Shown here piece by piece: positions 25,067 through 39,964 of a stretch of 64,000 bases of DNA (the first letter of the stretch is position 1; each line of letters opens with the position of its first letter). This DNA comes from Syncephalis fuscata S228 (taxonomy: Eukaryota > Fungi > Zoopagomycota): assembly GCA_025786725.1 (NCBI GenBank), contig JAHLTZ010000023.1, positions 310,001 to 374,000 of the forward strand, written 5' to 3'. The notes under the pieces are model-generated. The model was not told where the DNA came from and made no database searches. It saw only the letters and a list, made by a program, of their open reading frames with translations. The position numbers were made by a program, and so were the translations under genes.

Positions 25067-26358
25067 GGCAATAAATGTGGCACTTTAAAATAGTAAATGA
25101 AAATGAATGTCGCACACTACACGTCAAATTTCATATGAAATACATTTTACTAATCAATCCAATTTAATAATGGTAATAACGTGTATATTCTTTAACAATT
25201 TAGTATAAATTATTCGTTTGTATTTATCTATACTTTAACGGCAGTAAATAGACTAAGTATTCAAAAGTGTTGTTCGAGGTATAGTGTAATCAATCATGTG
25301 GCAAATACCATTACTAAACTAATAAAATCGACAAACAATACGGTATTAACAATGGCCCATACGATAGCGCTTTAATGATGACGATGCCATCTAGGGCTGT
25401 GTAAATCGTATTCTACATCGAAAGCCTTCTGCAGTTCGTATCCATGCCTCCGGTTATCTATACAATATTGCCGGCTATCCGCACCTATCATCAGCACTGA
25501 ATTATGACGTCAAAGCATTGGATTGGCTTTTTGTTCAAGGTAAACCGGTTTGCTTACAGAACCGATGTTTTCCATTTAATTCTTAGCTGTTTCATCCGCT
25601 CGTTCACCGTTAGCCCTGCAGGCAAGACACGCGGTCGTGCCTCCATTAAGCCAGCTTCATGCTGCTGTCGTCCATCGACATGACTCCTTGGCAATGGCGG
25701 TGTGCTGTGGGGGCACGAGGGCATTACCTCTACCTAATAGGCATGAATGGATAAAGGAGGAAATGAATTAATTATCGTCCATACGATCGAGCCGGTTAGT
25801 CGCATTATGACTGTGTAACTCAAACCACAGCATGTTATTTTTGATGCATGCTGTTGTGTTCCTCCTACACACTCAGTCTATCTCGTGTTGTGGGGTTTAG
25901 TTAAGGCCTGTTTAGTCAAGAAAATGAGTGCCAGTCTGAAAAGCACTCATTATGAAGCGCCACCACCAACCAAGTTACAAAGGCTAAACGTAAGATTTCA
26001 GCTATAAAATAGTGCAACCATCCCTTGCCGGAAGGTGCACTGAACCACATTACCGTTGAAGTTGCTGTATTCTTTCTTGTACCGTCTTATGGTCCGACAT
26101 ATATGATTCAATTTAATTTTAATTAATATCGCTAGTTGACATCACTACACTATCATTATTACCGCTATTACCACACTATATATCATCTTCATCGCCATCA
26201 TCGTCATCGCCACTATTATATACAAGGCAAAGTAATATTCCTTGATCTATTTCGTGCAGGCACGTCCTTTATTTGTGTGTAGCGTATTTGTTTGCCATTG
26301 TTATACAGCAATCAATACACACTCTACTTGTACTCATTGGTTCTTTATTGAGATTACA

Positions 26359-26765
26359 ATGATGCGCTTCCATCAATTCTCTCTGTCGGTGATTGCTTCC
26401 ATTGCTACCTCGGATGCATCATCGCCCACGACAAGCAATGAGACGGTTTCGGCCACTACACCGCCGCCCTCGCCCATCTCGCCTCTATCGCCTACCTCAC
26501 AGAGTACACTCGGTAAGTACAGAGCCGTTGTTGCTGATGGTTAAACCAACACAATACTAATAGAGTATATACGACATTAATAGACAAACTTCGTCGACAG
26601 ATTGAAGAAGACGCCCTAAGTCAAACACCACAATTAAAAGACTACGGTTACGCGGATAATCCCAAACTACAGCCCGTATCACCACGCCAACCTTTCCACT
26701 ATACAACACAACTACGATCCAAATTATTTGCCACTGTCTCCTTTAGTCGGACCGCGCAAGTCTGA
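26359..26765 (+). CDS. Small two-exon Ser/Pro-rich hypothetical protein
   Basis: MMRFHQFSLSVIASIATSDASSP...STL|DKLRRQIEEDALSQ..., canonical gtaagt...tag intron 26513-26583. No recognisable domain; 3' end uncertain. Confidence 0.45.
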
Positions 26766-27185
26766 ACCTGACTACAATTTGATGGTAATGCCCTTTTTGG
26801 CCTTTCATCTATATTCTAGTGTGTATATACAACTTTTCATTTAATTGTCCCTTGTTCATGTCGCGTTCACTTTATTGAGCACGTTTATTATTGCGTACAC
26901 ACTATATTATTTTATTTGTCTCTCGTTTTCGTTACTTATTGCCGCCATCCATCCTACAGTTAAAACTACCCTCAATCCACCATTTATTATGACTATTACA
27001 CTATTTACATTGCGAATAAATGTACTTCATTACGCTATGTAAATAGATTAGAATTTAATGTATTACTATTATCAATAATATAACAATATATTACTACTAC
27101 ATCAAATATGAGTGTTGTTATAAGTGAGCAAATAAAACGACAAACACGGTGTTAAAAACGCGCCTTTCTTTTTCTTTTAACTATA

Positions 27186-28396
27186 ATGGCAGTATTTAAC
27201 AATACACACCGTGCATTTCTACAATCATGTATTGCTACCCAGCTAGTATCTGAACAAGATATATTTGAACTGTATCGTCGTGTATGTGAGGCTACTCAAG
27301 GTAAAGAATTAACATAGACTACTATTATTCAACTATTGTTTTACTAATGTAACAGTTGCAGCCACTTACAATGAAAGTCAACTGCCTGATTTCATTGCAG
27401 AAGTCAATAGAGGCATAGATAAATACGATCTTGAGTTTCGTAAAGCGGCTAATGAAGATACAGGTGTAATTTATTGGGCACTGGTAAGCTTGGTTAACTA
27501 TAGATGACTACAACAGCGTAATATATACATATATATATATTTACGTATTTATAGGTTAATACAAATGGTGATAAAATTGCTCAATATGCCACTGGATATT
27601 CTTCACAAGAATTACAGTATTTCAAGAGAATAGTAGGTAGATATTGAATCAATTCCATTATATACTCATTTATATTAGTTAGATAAGATTATTAAGCCAG
27701 ATGATGAAGTATTTGCTGTATCTAGTATTCACGCACTTAATGATGCGCCAGCCACTATGACGCGTGTCAATACAGAAGCATTACTTAATCGATTTATTGC
27801 TGATGGATGGCTATCTCATTCCAGGTACGGCAATAGAGTCTATTTTATTTAACTAGCCATTAAATATATGGTAAATATTATAGCAATGGATACTATGCAT
27901 TAGGTATTCGGTGTCTACTTGAACTACAAACATCATTGAAGGATGAATATATGATTTTAAAAGAATGTACTCTTTGTATGGATATTATTAGTAAAGTAAA
28001 TACAGCACCTCTATTCTATGATATATATACCATAACCATAACTATTATTGATTAGGGAGAACGATGTGACGATGAACGATGTGATGCTCGATTACACTAT
28101 CACTGTGCTCAAAGATACTTCCGACCAGATGTACCGCATAAATGTTTGATATGTCAAAAGCCATGGACACACACAACACATGTAGGCCACGGGCTGCCGA
28201 GTCTATTAAGAATAGAACTTTTACCATTCATCAATATAATTCTCCAAATATGCAATCATCACGACCAGAAACGATAGAAACAGAAGTAGAAGAGGAAGTG
28301 GAAGAAATGGAAGAAATGGAAGAAGAAGTAGAAGAAGTAGAAGAGGAAGTAGTTTATGTCAAATCTGAACGATCTGCTAAACGCCATCGCCATTAA
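27186..28396 (+). CDS. NSE1: SMC5/6 complex non-SMC element 1 with C-terminal RING-like domain
   Basis: HRAFLQS, DLEFRK...YWALVNTNGDKIAQYATGYSSQELQYFK, LLNRFIADGWL, CTLCMDII..GERC...CDARLHYHC...CLICQKPW. Confidence 0.92.
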
Positions 28397-28434
28397 CTAT
28401 AATTTTTTATTTTAATAAATCAAATGTGTTTCTA

Positions 28435-28976
28435 TTAATTACGCCATAATTGACACTTTTTAATTGCTTCTTGTAAAATACTACGACGTGTTGGCTGTGT
28501 GGCAATACACGTTAATATATTCTCTGGTTGTTCAACCCAGCGATAATGTTGAATTTGTAATGCCGTTAACTTTTCACATACCGTCTCCAATGTAGCTAAT
28601 GATTTCGTCTAATTTAATGAATTAATTACCAATTAAATTAAATTAAATTATAACTTACTTCAAGAACTACTTTATGCATATTAACCAAATCATCAGTATA
28701 TGCTATGGTTTCTGGTAAATGGCGTGTTTCCCATAGTGCAGCAGTAGCAGCATGACATGCTTGCGTCATAACACTAGTAATAGTAGTAACAATATTCATA
28801 CCATTAATTAGACTGAGTAACAACTACTTAAACTACTTACGCACCAATCGGCCATTCTAGATTCTATTTCTACTATTTAGATTCCAGTTATATGTAAATA
28901 TACGACAACTAGCTACCTTGACCAGATCTTTACGGACGATAACAAACATAGTCAACGGTTCCAACTTGGTGGCCAT
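28435..28976 (-). CDS. PTRHD1: PTRHD1-like peptidyl-tRNA hydrolase (PTH2 fold), 4 exons
   Basis: Spliced MFVIVRKDLVK|NLEWPIGA|VMTQACHAATAAL...MHKVVLE|...HYRWVEQPENILTCIATQP...KKCQLWRN*. Confidence 0.9.
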
Positions 28977-29451
28977 TATCCTTAGTAACAACAATAGTTT
29001 GTTGTCGTGTGTAATTCGTTGTTTAGAAACCGGTAACCTTTTTAGTGAACACTATTAAGGCTAGTTATTATTGTAAAATATGAGTGTTAAGAAAAGAAAA
29101 AGGAAAACAAATATGTGGCTTATTTTATATACCATGTTATTAAATGCAATGATGATCATCATCATCCACAGTCACCTTTCATTTACATGATTATACTCAC
29201 CCATTTACTCATATTTACACACACACACAAAGAGAGAAAGTGGCACGCTTCTTGTTAATTGCCTTTCTTCTTTCTTTTCATACGGTAGGGTCATCGTTTA
29301 TAATATACAAGCTATTTCTATAGCAAGTCTTTGAAGAGTGAGCTAGCGTGTATATATACATATACATATACCTATATCTATCTATCTATCTATCTATCTA
29401 TATACCTATATACCTATAGATACACTATAGCCATAACTACTGCTTGGCATA

Positions 29452-32400
29452 ATGCTGGTCTATCAAGCCGAGACCGGTAGAGAGATTATTTCTCCAGTAT
29501 TTACTAGTGTAAAGCAATTAGTGGAATTCCAACAAGCCGTTGAAGAATTAACGGGTGTACCAGCCAGTGACCAAATTCTTATGACGGGTGATGGCGATCA
29601 GTTACGTGAAGAACACTTGGTAACCTCCTATGCACAAACACCCGAGTTGGGCGAAGCATGGTCGTCGTCACCAACTACGGCCATGGTGTCACCGTCTAAT
29701 TCACCAAAGCTGCCCTTCTCTTCACCGGAACAGCTTATGGTGTTTGTTTATGACCGTCAACTATTTATTGGCCAGAATGGTGCTGATGGTCTAGTAGAGG
29801 CACCAGAACTTGAACAGACTCATCATCAAGGTAAGTGTACATTTAAGGGATCTTAACCACCATTTCTGTTATAATAACAATAATTTATAATAGAGGATGT
29901 CTCTGAACAACAATTAATTGATTATCGACAACGTGCTAAACGGGGATCAGTAAGAGAACGATGTGATGCTTATGGTGAATTGTTTTGGCATCATCATAGA
30001 CAAGGACAGGCATATGCAGGGGCAGCCATTATTAATGCAGCCTATTGTGATCAATTTGTAGCTGAACAGCGTATACAAGCAATGTCATTAGGTGTAGCCC
30101 TTAAAAATCTACAAATACATGCTGGGTAAATATGAATGATTTAAACGATTAAATAGTTGCTTATATAATGACTATTGATTTGTTAATATACTAATTAGTG
30201 CGGTAGTACAAACATTTGATCAATCTCGTAGTATGGCACAGAAAGAGTTGACTAAACGGGATAATCTACTACGCAGGTAACAGAATAGATAGATGGATAG
30301 TTAAGTAGAATAAGTAATATTAATATTATAGATAGCTTTCAAGCAGATATGAAAACACTAGCCTCTATTACTATTCATAAAGCATTATCTACAGCCAGAA
30401 TGGTATATTGGCACGAGATGTTACAAGGGCTGTTCATTTAATTGATTATATTGTGGAAGAGTCAATTAGAGATAATGCACGGATTTGTCTTGATCATCAT
30501 GGTAGGTGAATAGTATTAATTAATAGAATGGTATTATTTAAAGTATTATTATTATAATAATAGAATCGGTAATGGATCAAATGAAATTAGTTACAGATAC
30601 TATTCGGGATATACAAGAAAATAATACTGCTGAACAAAGACGTCCATTAGGTGTTGAGTAAGTTATATACATATAGACATATAGACATATATAGACATAG
30701 TAAATTATAAATAGTTTATATACTAATATTACTTAGTTTTGCCTCGTTAGATATTGCATTGAATGAGACAGAAATATGTGTACAACAACTTGAACAACAT
30801 GCCCAGTTATTTGAACGAGGTAATTATATATAATATATAATATATAGTATATAATATATAGTATATAATATACAGAAATATATAGATATAGATATAAATA
30901 TAGATTGTCTAATGCCATATATTATTTAGATTATCATCGTAGTAAAAGTATGATGAATGACTTGTTATCGGGACCGCCTTCATTAGCTGGTGAAAAATTG
31001 ACAGCTTTAGACCATTTAATTGATATTCATACACAGGATTATCTTTCAAGTAAGCCAATTGTTAATAGTAATTTTAAATAACTTATAATATTCTATTAAT
31101 AGTATGTGAAAGAAGTGATCGATATATTCGTAATACAGTTGATAAATTCGTACAAGTCAAGGTAACTTTTATAACTATTGACTGATTAGTATTAATGCTG
31201 GTTATTAATTGAAATAGCGTCAGTTAACTATTGAATTACTAAGTCGACTACAGCATGTATCACGTATTCAATCGAGTATTGCCTCTATTTCTCCTCATTT
31301 AAATGAGTTAAATGCACTTATGACAGAACAATCAGACAATTATAATCAATTGTTACGTACACATCGTATGCCTATAGCTTATGTAAGTAGAATTGAAATA
31401 TAATATATGATATATAGTATAGAATATATAGTATAGAATATAAATAAGATAGCTTACAATAAGTTAGGGTGCTTGTTTAGTGGAGATTGCTCGACGTAAT
31501 GAATATACTGATGTAAGTGGAGATAGATACAATAGAATGCATAATCTAATAGATTAAATGAAATAATAGGTCATGGTTAGAGTAGCCGGTGAATTGGCCG
31601 AGGCTATGGCCAAACTAAGATCACAGGAATTAAAGAGACGAGAGAATTTTGCCTTGGAAGTAAAACAATATATTCCATTCTCAATTCCTGGTAAGTAGCA
31701 ATAGATAATAGATAGATAATGCTTATTAGTATTAACTAATTGATATTGATATCAATAAATACTATTGATTTAATTAGGTATTGATGAAACACCACCTCAA
31801 TGTGATATATCAACAAATTTGACCAATACTCAATTATTACCCAAGATAACTAAACAAGATATCAATGGTAGTTATTAAATATAGATTCCATTAATATGAG
31901 TATTAATATTACTACTCTAATATTCATTAGTATTTGAACGGGAACTTATTCATATTAAAGGCTTAATGACTCCTGAAACGGGTGGTGCTAACGACTCGCC
32001 ACTTCTTAGTATCAATAAATTACATGCCACTATGTTAAAAATGATGCATCAAGTGGATCATATCCCGTAGATTTTGATCGAGTTATTTATAAAACCACTG
32101 GTAAGTTAGTAATAACAATTATAATAGTAATAGTAAAATAAATATTAATTAATTTAAATTTATAGGTTTAGATAAATGTTGGTGGAAAGGCTTACTATTA
32201 ACATTGTTGTAAACTAATCTATCTTTATTGAATATTATTATTATTATTATTATTATAGCGGAGAATATAGTAAAACCAAATGTATTTGGATCTCAATTGG
32301 GTGTACCACGACATCGATCAACAACACCACAATTAACAGTACGAGGTGGTGGCAACAATACTCCAGTACGTAGTCACAATACAAGTCATAGTAGTGGACA

Positions 32401-35204
32401 TGCATCTCCTGTAGAAGAGATGATGCATCCATTGACAGAAAAAGTAAAGGTAGCTAATTAATCAAATGCCTAAATAATATACTAATATGGATGCCATGAA
32501 TAGACATATGAAGCACGGATACGCTCATTAGAACATTTATTGCAACAGAATTATCGTTCTAGTCAAATACTACATAGTTCATTCCATTCGGATCCAACAC
32601 CTAATCCACAGCCATCACGTAGTCAAAGTCCTGCTTTGTCATCAGGATCAACCCATTTATCGGTGGAAACCTTAAGAAAAGAACTGGAAGAACAGAAGCA
32701 ACGCTATGATACACTACAGCAACAGCACACTGAACTGAATAAGCAATTAAGTGTTGCTCAATCAGCAGTAAGTAGATTTGTAATCTTTAATACAGCTAAT
32801 TAATTATAAATAGTATAATGATCGGGAAGCTCTAAAACAGGCAGAAATTGAACAATTAATTATAGAAAATAAACAGGTAAGTAATTATTATTATAACTAA
32901 AATGGCTTATTAAATGAATATAATTAGTTAAAACACCAATTAGCTAGTCAAGAAGAAGAAAGAAACAAGTAGTAAAACAGGTGGGTTAATTTATTAATAT
33001 AATACATTACACTAATATCTAAATAGTTATCTGAGCAATGTTGTAGATTAGAACAATCAGCATTAACCATACAAATGGCATTCGATGAACAAGCAGTGCA
33101 AGAATATAAGGTATGTATTATTACTATTATTTAAGTAATATCTAATTAATAGTTAATTTAATTAGATGGTGAACAGCATAAACACAAATATACAACAATG
33201 GTCTGAATTGATTGTTGATCAACTTAAGGTTTGTAATTAGTCATTGTTTAATTAAGATAGCTAATTAATTATTGATCATTAGATGAATTCAATAACTAAA
33301 GTGATAGATCAGTTAAATCCTACTAATATTCAAGTATCAATTGAACAATTTTCTCATTTACTTGATACGTTAATTGCATCAAGTAATAGTAATAGTAATG
33401 TGGTAAGTAAATTGGACTATAATAGGTATATCTATATAATTTACACTCATATGTATATATGTGTGTATATATATGTATTCTATTAGATTTTATCGTTAGA
33501 GTCAGCTCTTAAAGAAGCCAATGATCAGTTAGAAGAATGGGAAATGTTATGTCGAATGAGTTGTGAACAGCTACAAATTCATTATAGGGTAATGATTAAA
33601 TGATTAAATAAGCCGTTAATAATATATTTATTAATAATATGGACATTGATAGAGTATTAAAGATATGGTAAATCTTTCCGAATTAAAAAATTTACCATCT
33701 GCATCGGCTCTTCCTCCAAGCATTAATATTGATGACGATTCACCACTGGCTACACCAAATAGAATAACCACGACAGCATTACCATGGTTTAATGAAACGG
33801 CCGAAGAAGCTTCAATGATGTCATCATCGATAGAGGTATTAGTGGGCCGTATCCCATTACAATTACCAAAATCACCTTTATTTTCACCGTCCTCCTCTTC
33901 TTCCCTAGTAGCATCTAGCCTAGTTGGTACAGATGGAGAATTCACGATGACTCGGGTCCTAACTCGTTCGCGTGAAGCACTTCTTAATTTATATCGTGAA
34001 ATGACGCGAACATCTTCTGTAACAACAACTGCGGCATTAACCGATCTTGTTCCACGACTTCATCGTTGGTTTGAAACACTATCAATGGAAACACGTCGTT
34101 TACGTGAAGAAAAGGCTCGTCTTTATGGTAAATACCATCTTTATTATAGCAACTAGTATTAACGAGTAACAACTATTAAATAGAGGAAAAGATTGGATTA
34201 CATGGCAAATTAGCTGATAGTATTGCTTTCCGCAAGTAAGTTACCCTTGATCATTATTAGTTATTATATTTAATACTTTTATATTTTATTTAATTAGTTT
34301 CAAGATTGATGATTTAGTGCTCTTTCTACCCACACGTAATCCAAAAGCATGGGCTGCTTTTAACATTGATGCACCACATTACTTTTTACAAATTACTGAA
34401 CGATTTGAACATTATACACGGTAATGATTAACGATAATAATAAATAGTCAACTAACGTTAATGTTTTTTTAGAAAAAGAGATTGGATTGTAGCAAAGATT
34501 CTAACTATTAAACGCTATCAAGTTAATACAGAGGTAATTAATTAATTAATATTCATCTATTGACTAACCATAATAATAATAATAATAATAATTAGATACC
34601 ATCATCAAATCCATTTGATCTAGCTCATAATGCTTTCTACTATTTAATAGAAGCAAAATATTATAGAAGTCGATCAGAAACGGCAGCTCAACATCAACGA
34701 CGCCGTACTCGTAGTGTAAAACTATCACAAGATATGATGTCGGCCCTTACCGTGACCATTCCCGATACTAGTAATAACAATAGTAATACAACTAGTAACA
34801 GTGCATCTATGTCACCTACTACCGCCATTACAGTTACTAGACCTAAAGTAACTACTGTACCACTTTCTACACGTTCTCTTTCCTGTTCTTCTGCCGCTTC
34901 TTCTCCTACTTCGCCTAGACCGCCACGTACTTCATCGATGCCACCCACTCGACTTATCGACTCACAACCACAGCTATCACGACCACGTCCTATGTCGATG
35001 ATATCTCCCTCGTCTTCTACAACATCCACTTCGCCACCCACTAATTCATTTTCCTCTTCCTTTACTACAGCCGGTAGTCTACGTCGTCTACTTAGTCGTC
35101 GGTCTCAACCAGTGCCATTACCAGCAGTACCAATAGCTGAGACGGAGACAGAAACAGAAACAACATCGCCATTTATTCAAGATTCTGATCATACCATTAT
35201 TTAA
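29452..35204 (+). CDS. ATG11: Autophagy scaffold Atg11/FIP200, over 20 exons
   Basis: N-terminal ubiquitin-like MLVYQAETG...[15 protein letters not shown], Atg17-like [16 protein letters not shown], coiled coils, and claw region [35 protein letters not shown]...DWIVAKI...NPFDL. Confidence 0.92.
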
Positions 35205-35305
35205 AATATACTTTATTATTGCTTCTTCATATGTGTGTATATATTGTGTATGTGTATATCGTGTGTATATCTATAGAGATCTAAATCTAGATCAAAATAA
35301 ACACA

Positions 35306-38300
35306 TTAGCTTTGCCAGTAAGGCTGGGATGGACCATGCGGCATACGGGTCGGCGTTACGTGACTTGTATGACCTGTGGTGTTCGATACAGAACCGCTGT
35401 TGCCTGTATTTGTATTTGTGGTGTTAGAAGTATTTGAGGATGGAAAACCCGGTGGGATGTTACCTCCGCCATGTGTGTTATAAGAAGCAGCAGACGTATA
35501 CATGGTTTGCGACTGCTGCTGTTGTGTCGATGATGCTTGAGATCCTTGAGAGGACTGGTAGTAGTTGGATGTATGAGCCGGTCCACTATTACTGCCTGCA
35601 TTGCTATAGCCTTTATAAATGGTATCAGATGATCCCTTTATATAGTTGGACGAGGCATTTTGTGATGGTGAATTTTGTGACTGAGAAGATAGGAAATGAT
35701 GCATGCCATGTGTATTGCTTGTATTGGCAGATGGTTGCTGTTGTAACGATCTATAATCCATCGTCATATTTAATTCGTCATAGCCATAAGATTGGTAACT
35801 AGGTGTCGTGAATGAATGATGCTGTTGTTGTTGTTGTTGTTGTGGCTGTTGCTGATGATGATGTTGCGGTGGCTGATGATGATGATGCGAGTGTTGCTGT
35901 GGTGGCAATGTTTGATGTTGACCATAGCTGCTATTGGCATTAGTAGCGGTAGCATTGCTAGCACCACCTAGTGTAGACGACTTGCCCGAATGAGTGGCAT
36001 GAATTGAAGGCAGTGTGTTGGATGTAGTGACAGGTGAGGCCATGTTGTTACCAGTGGTGGCAGTAGTAGTGGCAACCGAGGGACCTGTTGGATACATAGA
36101 AGGTGGTATATGATGTGGCACTGGGTGGCTGCCACCAAACATATTTGTATTTGGATACATCGATTTGTTCAAATACTGTGATTGAGGTGGTGGTGGTGGT
36201 GGTGCCTGTTGATAGTTGGGCGTGGTAAATTGATGTGGATGGTGTGGATGTGGATGGTTAGGCATGTAATAGTAAGGATAGTAAGGGATATTGCTGCCAG
36301 TACTGGTAGTGCCACTGTTAGCACCAGTCATAGTTGCAGATAATGCATCTGGTAAAGCATTGGTGACAGAAGGTGTGGCAGTATGAGTTGCTGAAGTAGT
36401 AGCAGCTGTTGTAGGCGTATGCATCAAATTACCTTGAGGATATTTAGAATGATACAATGGATGTTGTTGTTGTTGCTGTTGCTGTTGTTGAAGTGGATTA
36501 TTCAATGATCCATAGCCTGTATTGGCACCAATATTTGCTGTTAATGGATTAGTTGCAGAATTTACAGGATTGGTAATATCAGGCAGATTCATTGGATTGC
36601 CACCATTGGCTGCGTAAAAGTTCTAATTCATATTGGTTACTAATGCTATTACAAGTATTAAATAAGTATTACCATCATAATCGCTCGTTGAGCTTCAGTG
36701 TAAAGATCGGCCGTTGGTAATTGGTTCATGTTGAATGCGTTATTGCCCACCATAGCCGATAGAGATGGATGTAGTCCGGCACCTAGTCCGTTGGCGGCTA
36801 AAGTGGCCAATAGCTGTGGTGGAATTTGTGATGCAGGTAGTTGACCATACAAATGAGCCATTGAAGCCATTAATGGATTGATAGCATTAATATTGGCGGC
36901 GGCGGCAGCGGCAGCGGCAGCAGCAGCAGCAGGTGTTGGTGCTGGTGTTGTAGATGCTGTTGCTTCTGCCGTCGAAGAAGGCGTGGCAGTAACATTGTTT
37001 AATATAGGTGGTGTAGAAGCAGCTGCTTGTGTAGCAGGTTGCTGTTGTGGAATATTTGGTGATGCAGCAGCTGGAGAAGCTGTAGCAGATGGCACTTTTT
37101 GTGTTGGTGCTGCTGTGGCTGTGGCTGTCGTGGCAGCCGTTGCAGTAGACGTGGATGGTGCAGGTGTAATCGTTGAGGCAGTAGTGGATTGGCCAATATA
37201 GCCGGGCGTTACCGATGCATCATTTGATAGATATGAAGGGCTTGTCGATGTTGACAAGGGCAGTTTGGATGTCGACGATGCAGTCGCACTATAATTATAT
37301 TAATATTTATTGCTTAACACAATAATTACTTACCTTTCTTGTGCCGCCGACTTGACATCGCCAATCTGGTTTGTGCCAGTAGCTGTAGTATCGGCAATGG
37401 ATTCTGACAAAGTTAGACTGCCAAATTGCATACCAAGTCTTTCGAATGGCGATTGTCCACTAGGCATTACAACAGCGGCGTCTTGTTTCAATCGACGTGC
37501 TGCCGGTGTTGTTGCCGGTGTTGTGACAGTGATGATGCTGATGCTGTGGCATTAGTTGCAGTTGCATTAGTTGTAGTAGCCGATTTTGGCTTCACTGATT
37601 CTACAGATGGTGAAGAAATGGGTGTCGAAGCTGTTTGTACAATAGATGTAGATTCAGTGATGGTGGCTGCAACAGTATCTTCAGTAGTTACAACCTGGCA
37701 GCTGTAGATACAGACGTTTTTGTTTTTGCTGTTGTTGTTGCTGATGTCTCTTCTACATTCACTTCTGTATCTACTATCTCAGTCACTGTGGTAGAGGCTG
37801 TTGTTGTGTCTACTGCCGTTAAACCTTCACTCTTTTCTGCTGTTGCTGTTGCTGCTGCTGCTGCTGCTGCCTTTGCCTTTTTCTTCTTCTCTGTCTTATT
37901 GCTAGTACCACCTTCACTGGTAGATGGCATTGATGGTGCTTTTGATGCTGCTATATTTGCTGTAGTATCTGCATTATTATTAGATACTGATATAGAGCAG
38001 ATTTATCACTAGCAGGTATCGATTTCTCTCCAGTGGGTGTTGCTGGTTTAACAGGTGGTGACGCTTTTACTACCGGTCTATGCGCATATAGCGTTATTTC
38101 GTTGTTCTAAATGCATTCGTCTTAATAAATACCTAGCAATCTGAGCCCATGAAGGCTTAGAAGGTGTGGCTGGTGCTTGTTTGGGTGGATTAACTGGTTT
38201 AGGTACATCGGATGGCAGTGCAGCATCAGAAGGATCGACGGAAATGTCGGATGTATGCGATTGGTTCCAGTTTGACGTATCATTTGTATCTATTGTAGTA

Positions 38301-39115
38301 TTGATGTTAATAAGATAGTACATATAGCATACGCTAAATCTACATACCATGAGATTTGTAAGAAGCGTTAGAGTTTCCGTGAGATTGTCGTGTGCCTCGT
38401 CCGTTAAATCCTAATCAATAGCCTTATTATTGGCCAACCATTATTCAATAACTAAATAACTTACCGCCTCGCCCACGTCCTGATGCTGAGCCACCACGCT
38501 GTGAATGATGATTAGATGCTGAATAGTTAGATCCTCCACTACCACTGTAACGTGCTCCATAGGCATTATTTGTCGATGTAGAACCGCCTGCACCTGTAGT
38601 GGCAGCACCACCATTGTTATATGTATGCGAAGATGTAGTACTAGGTGTGGATGTTTGTTGATGTGCCGTGGCTGCTGCTAATGATGCTTGGAAACCACTA
38701 CTTAATTGATTACTAGCTGTACTTCCCCGAGGACCTGATGTAGAATAGCTGTGACTTGCCGATGATCGTTGATATTCATCCTTTTTCGACTTCTTCGACT
38801 TTACCTGGCCCCACTGTGACGCTTGACCTAGCATGCCAATAAAAGTACAATACAATTAATGAGCAAAAGATCAATTTATTAAAACCTTTCTGTATATTAC
38901 CAGTGCTAATACGCATTGCTGCCGTGTCCAACTGTCCATCTGTTTCTTGTAGTACTTGTAGTAGATCTTCATCCGTCCAGTCTGTAAACATTTCACGTAG
39001 TGTGCCTAGTTCTCGACCATAGAGTCGACGCAATGAACGTATGTTATCTGGTTCTTCTTGACGTGTGCTGCCGCCACCTGTTCGATGACGTTGAGGCTGC
39101 TTTGCCATAGCTGAC

Positions 39116-39117
<2 letters not shown>
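35306..39117 (-). CDS. DEF1: Def1/UBAP2-like CUE-domain protein with Q/H/P-rich prion-like C-terminus
   Basis: LGTLREMFTDWTDEDLLQVLQETDGQLDTAAMRISTG|QASQWGQVKSKK, PSWAQIAR, RRLKQDAAVVMP...LGMQFGSL, PYYPYYYMP. Confidence 0.82.

Positions 39118-39146
<29 letters not shown>
39118..39146. repeat. (TG)n microsatellite directly abutting the DEF1-like start codon
   Basis: About 14 tg units immediately 5' of ATG 39117 on the minus strand. Confidence 0.95.
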
Positions 39147-39150
<4 letters not shown>

Positions 39151-39964
39151 AAATAATAGTCTGACCACGTAAAATAGTGGTATAAGACGCTAGTGTAGAT
39201 ATAAAGAATAAAGAAAAGATAAAAGGATCGTTAGTATGCGGAATATATGCATACAGCATGGGTTGGGTTAGATGCTTGAATAGTAGAACAGCCAGTATTA
39301 CTCCCCGATCATCTTTGCAGATCTACTTGACCACCACCACTATTGATTGGTAGCAACGATGATTGCTTGGCATCAATAACAACAACACCAATCTATCAAT
39401 GCTCGCTTGATCACACCCCATAACTAATTACATATAAACTTACTATTGAACGAGCAAACAGACAAACTGTGAATAAACGAATCAGATCTCAAGTAATCCT
39501 CGCCTAGTGTGTAGAAAACGATTCAAAATATAGCGTTTTAAGCAAGTAATAGCAACGGTAGTAGCAGTAGTAAAAGTGGTATAGATTGTTTGTTCCAATC
39601 AAATACAAAGTATAGCAGACTGTTGACGCGTGTCAAATAAGTAGTAAATGAACGTGTGCGCGCGCGCAATAATGTTGCTTTAGTAAGAGAAAAGCGTACG
39701 ATGGTGTTAAAGAAAGAAAGCGTGTGTGTGTGGGCGTGGACTATTTGAAAATGTGAACTTGAATTTTGTGTGTGTGTGTGTGTGTGTATTATCATGGAAG
39801 GTTTCACCGGATGACTTCGGAAGTGGTCAGTTACAATTATAATTACGATTACTGTAATTGTGATTAAAAGGTAAATTGTATTTACATTGATTACATTGAT
39901 ACATATTAATTAACTATTTGTATTTATTATTACGAATGAGATGATATTGATACAAGTAAATTAT

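Noticed and set aside
7765-38012. Val/Ala/Gly-rich plus- or minus-strand ORFs (e.g. 7765-8187, 23254-23586, 34694-35041, 36878-37201, 37635-38012)
   Set aside because: Antisense shadows of Thr/Ser/Pro-rich low-complexity coding regions.
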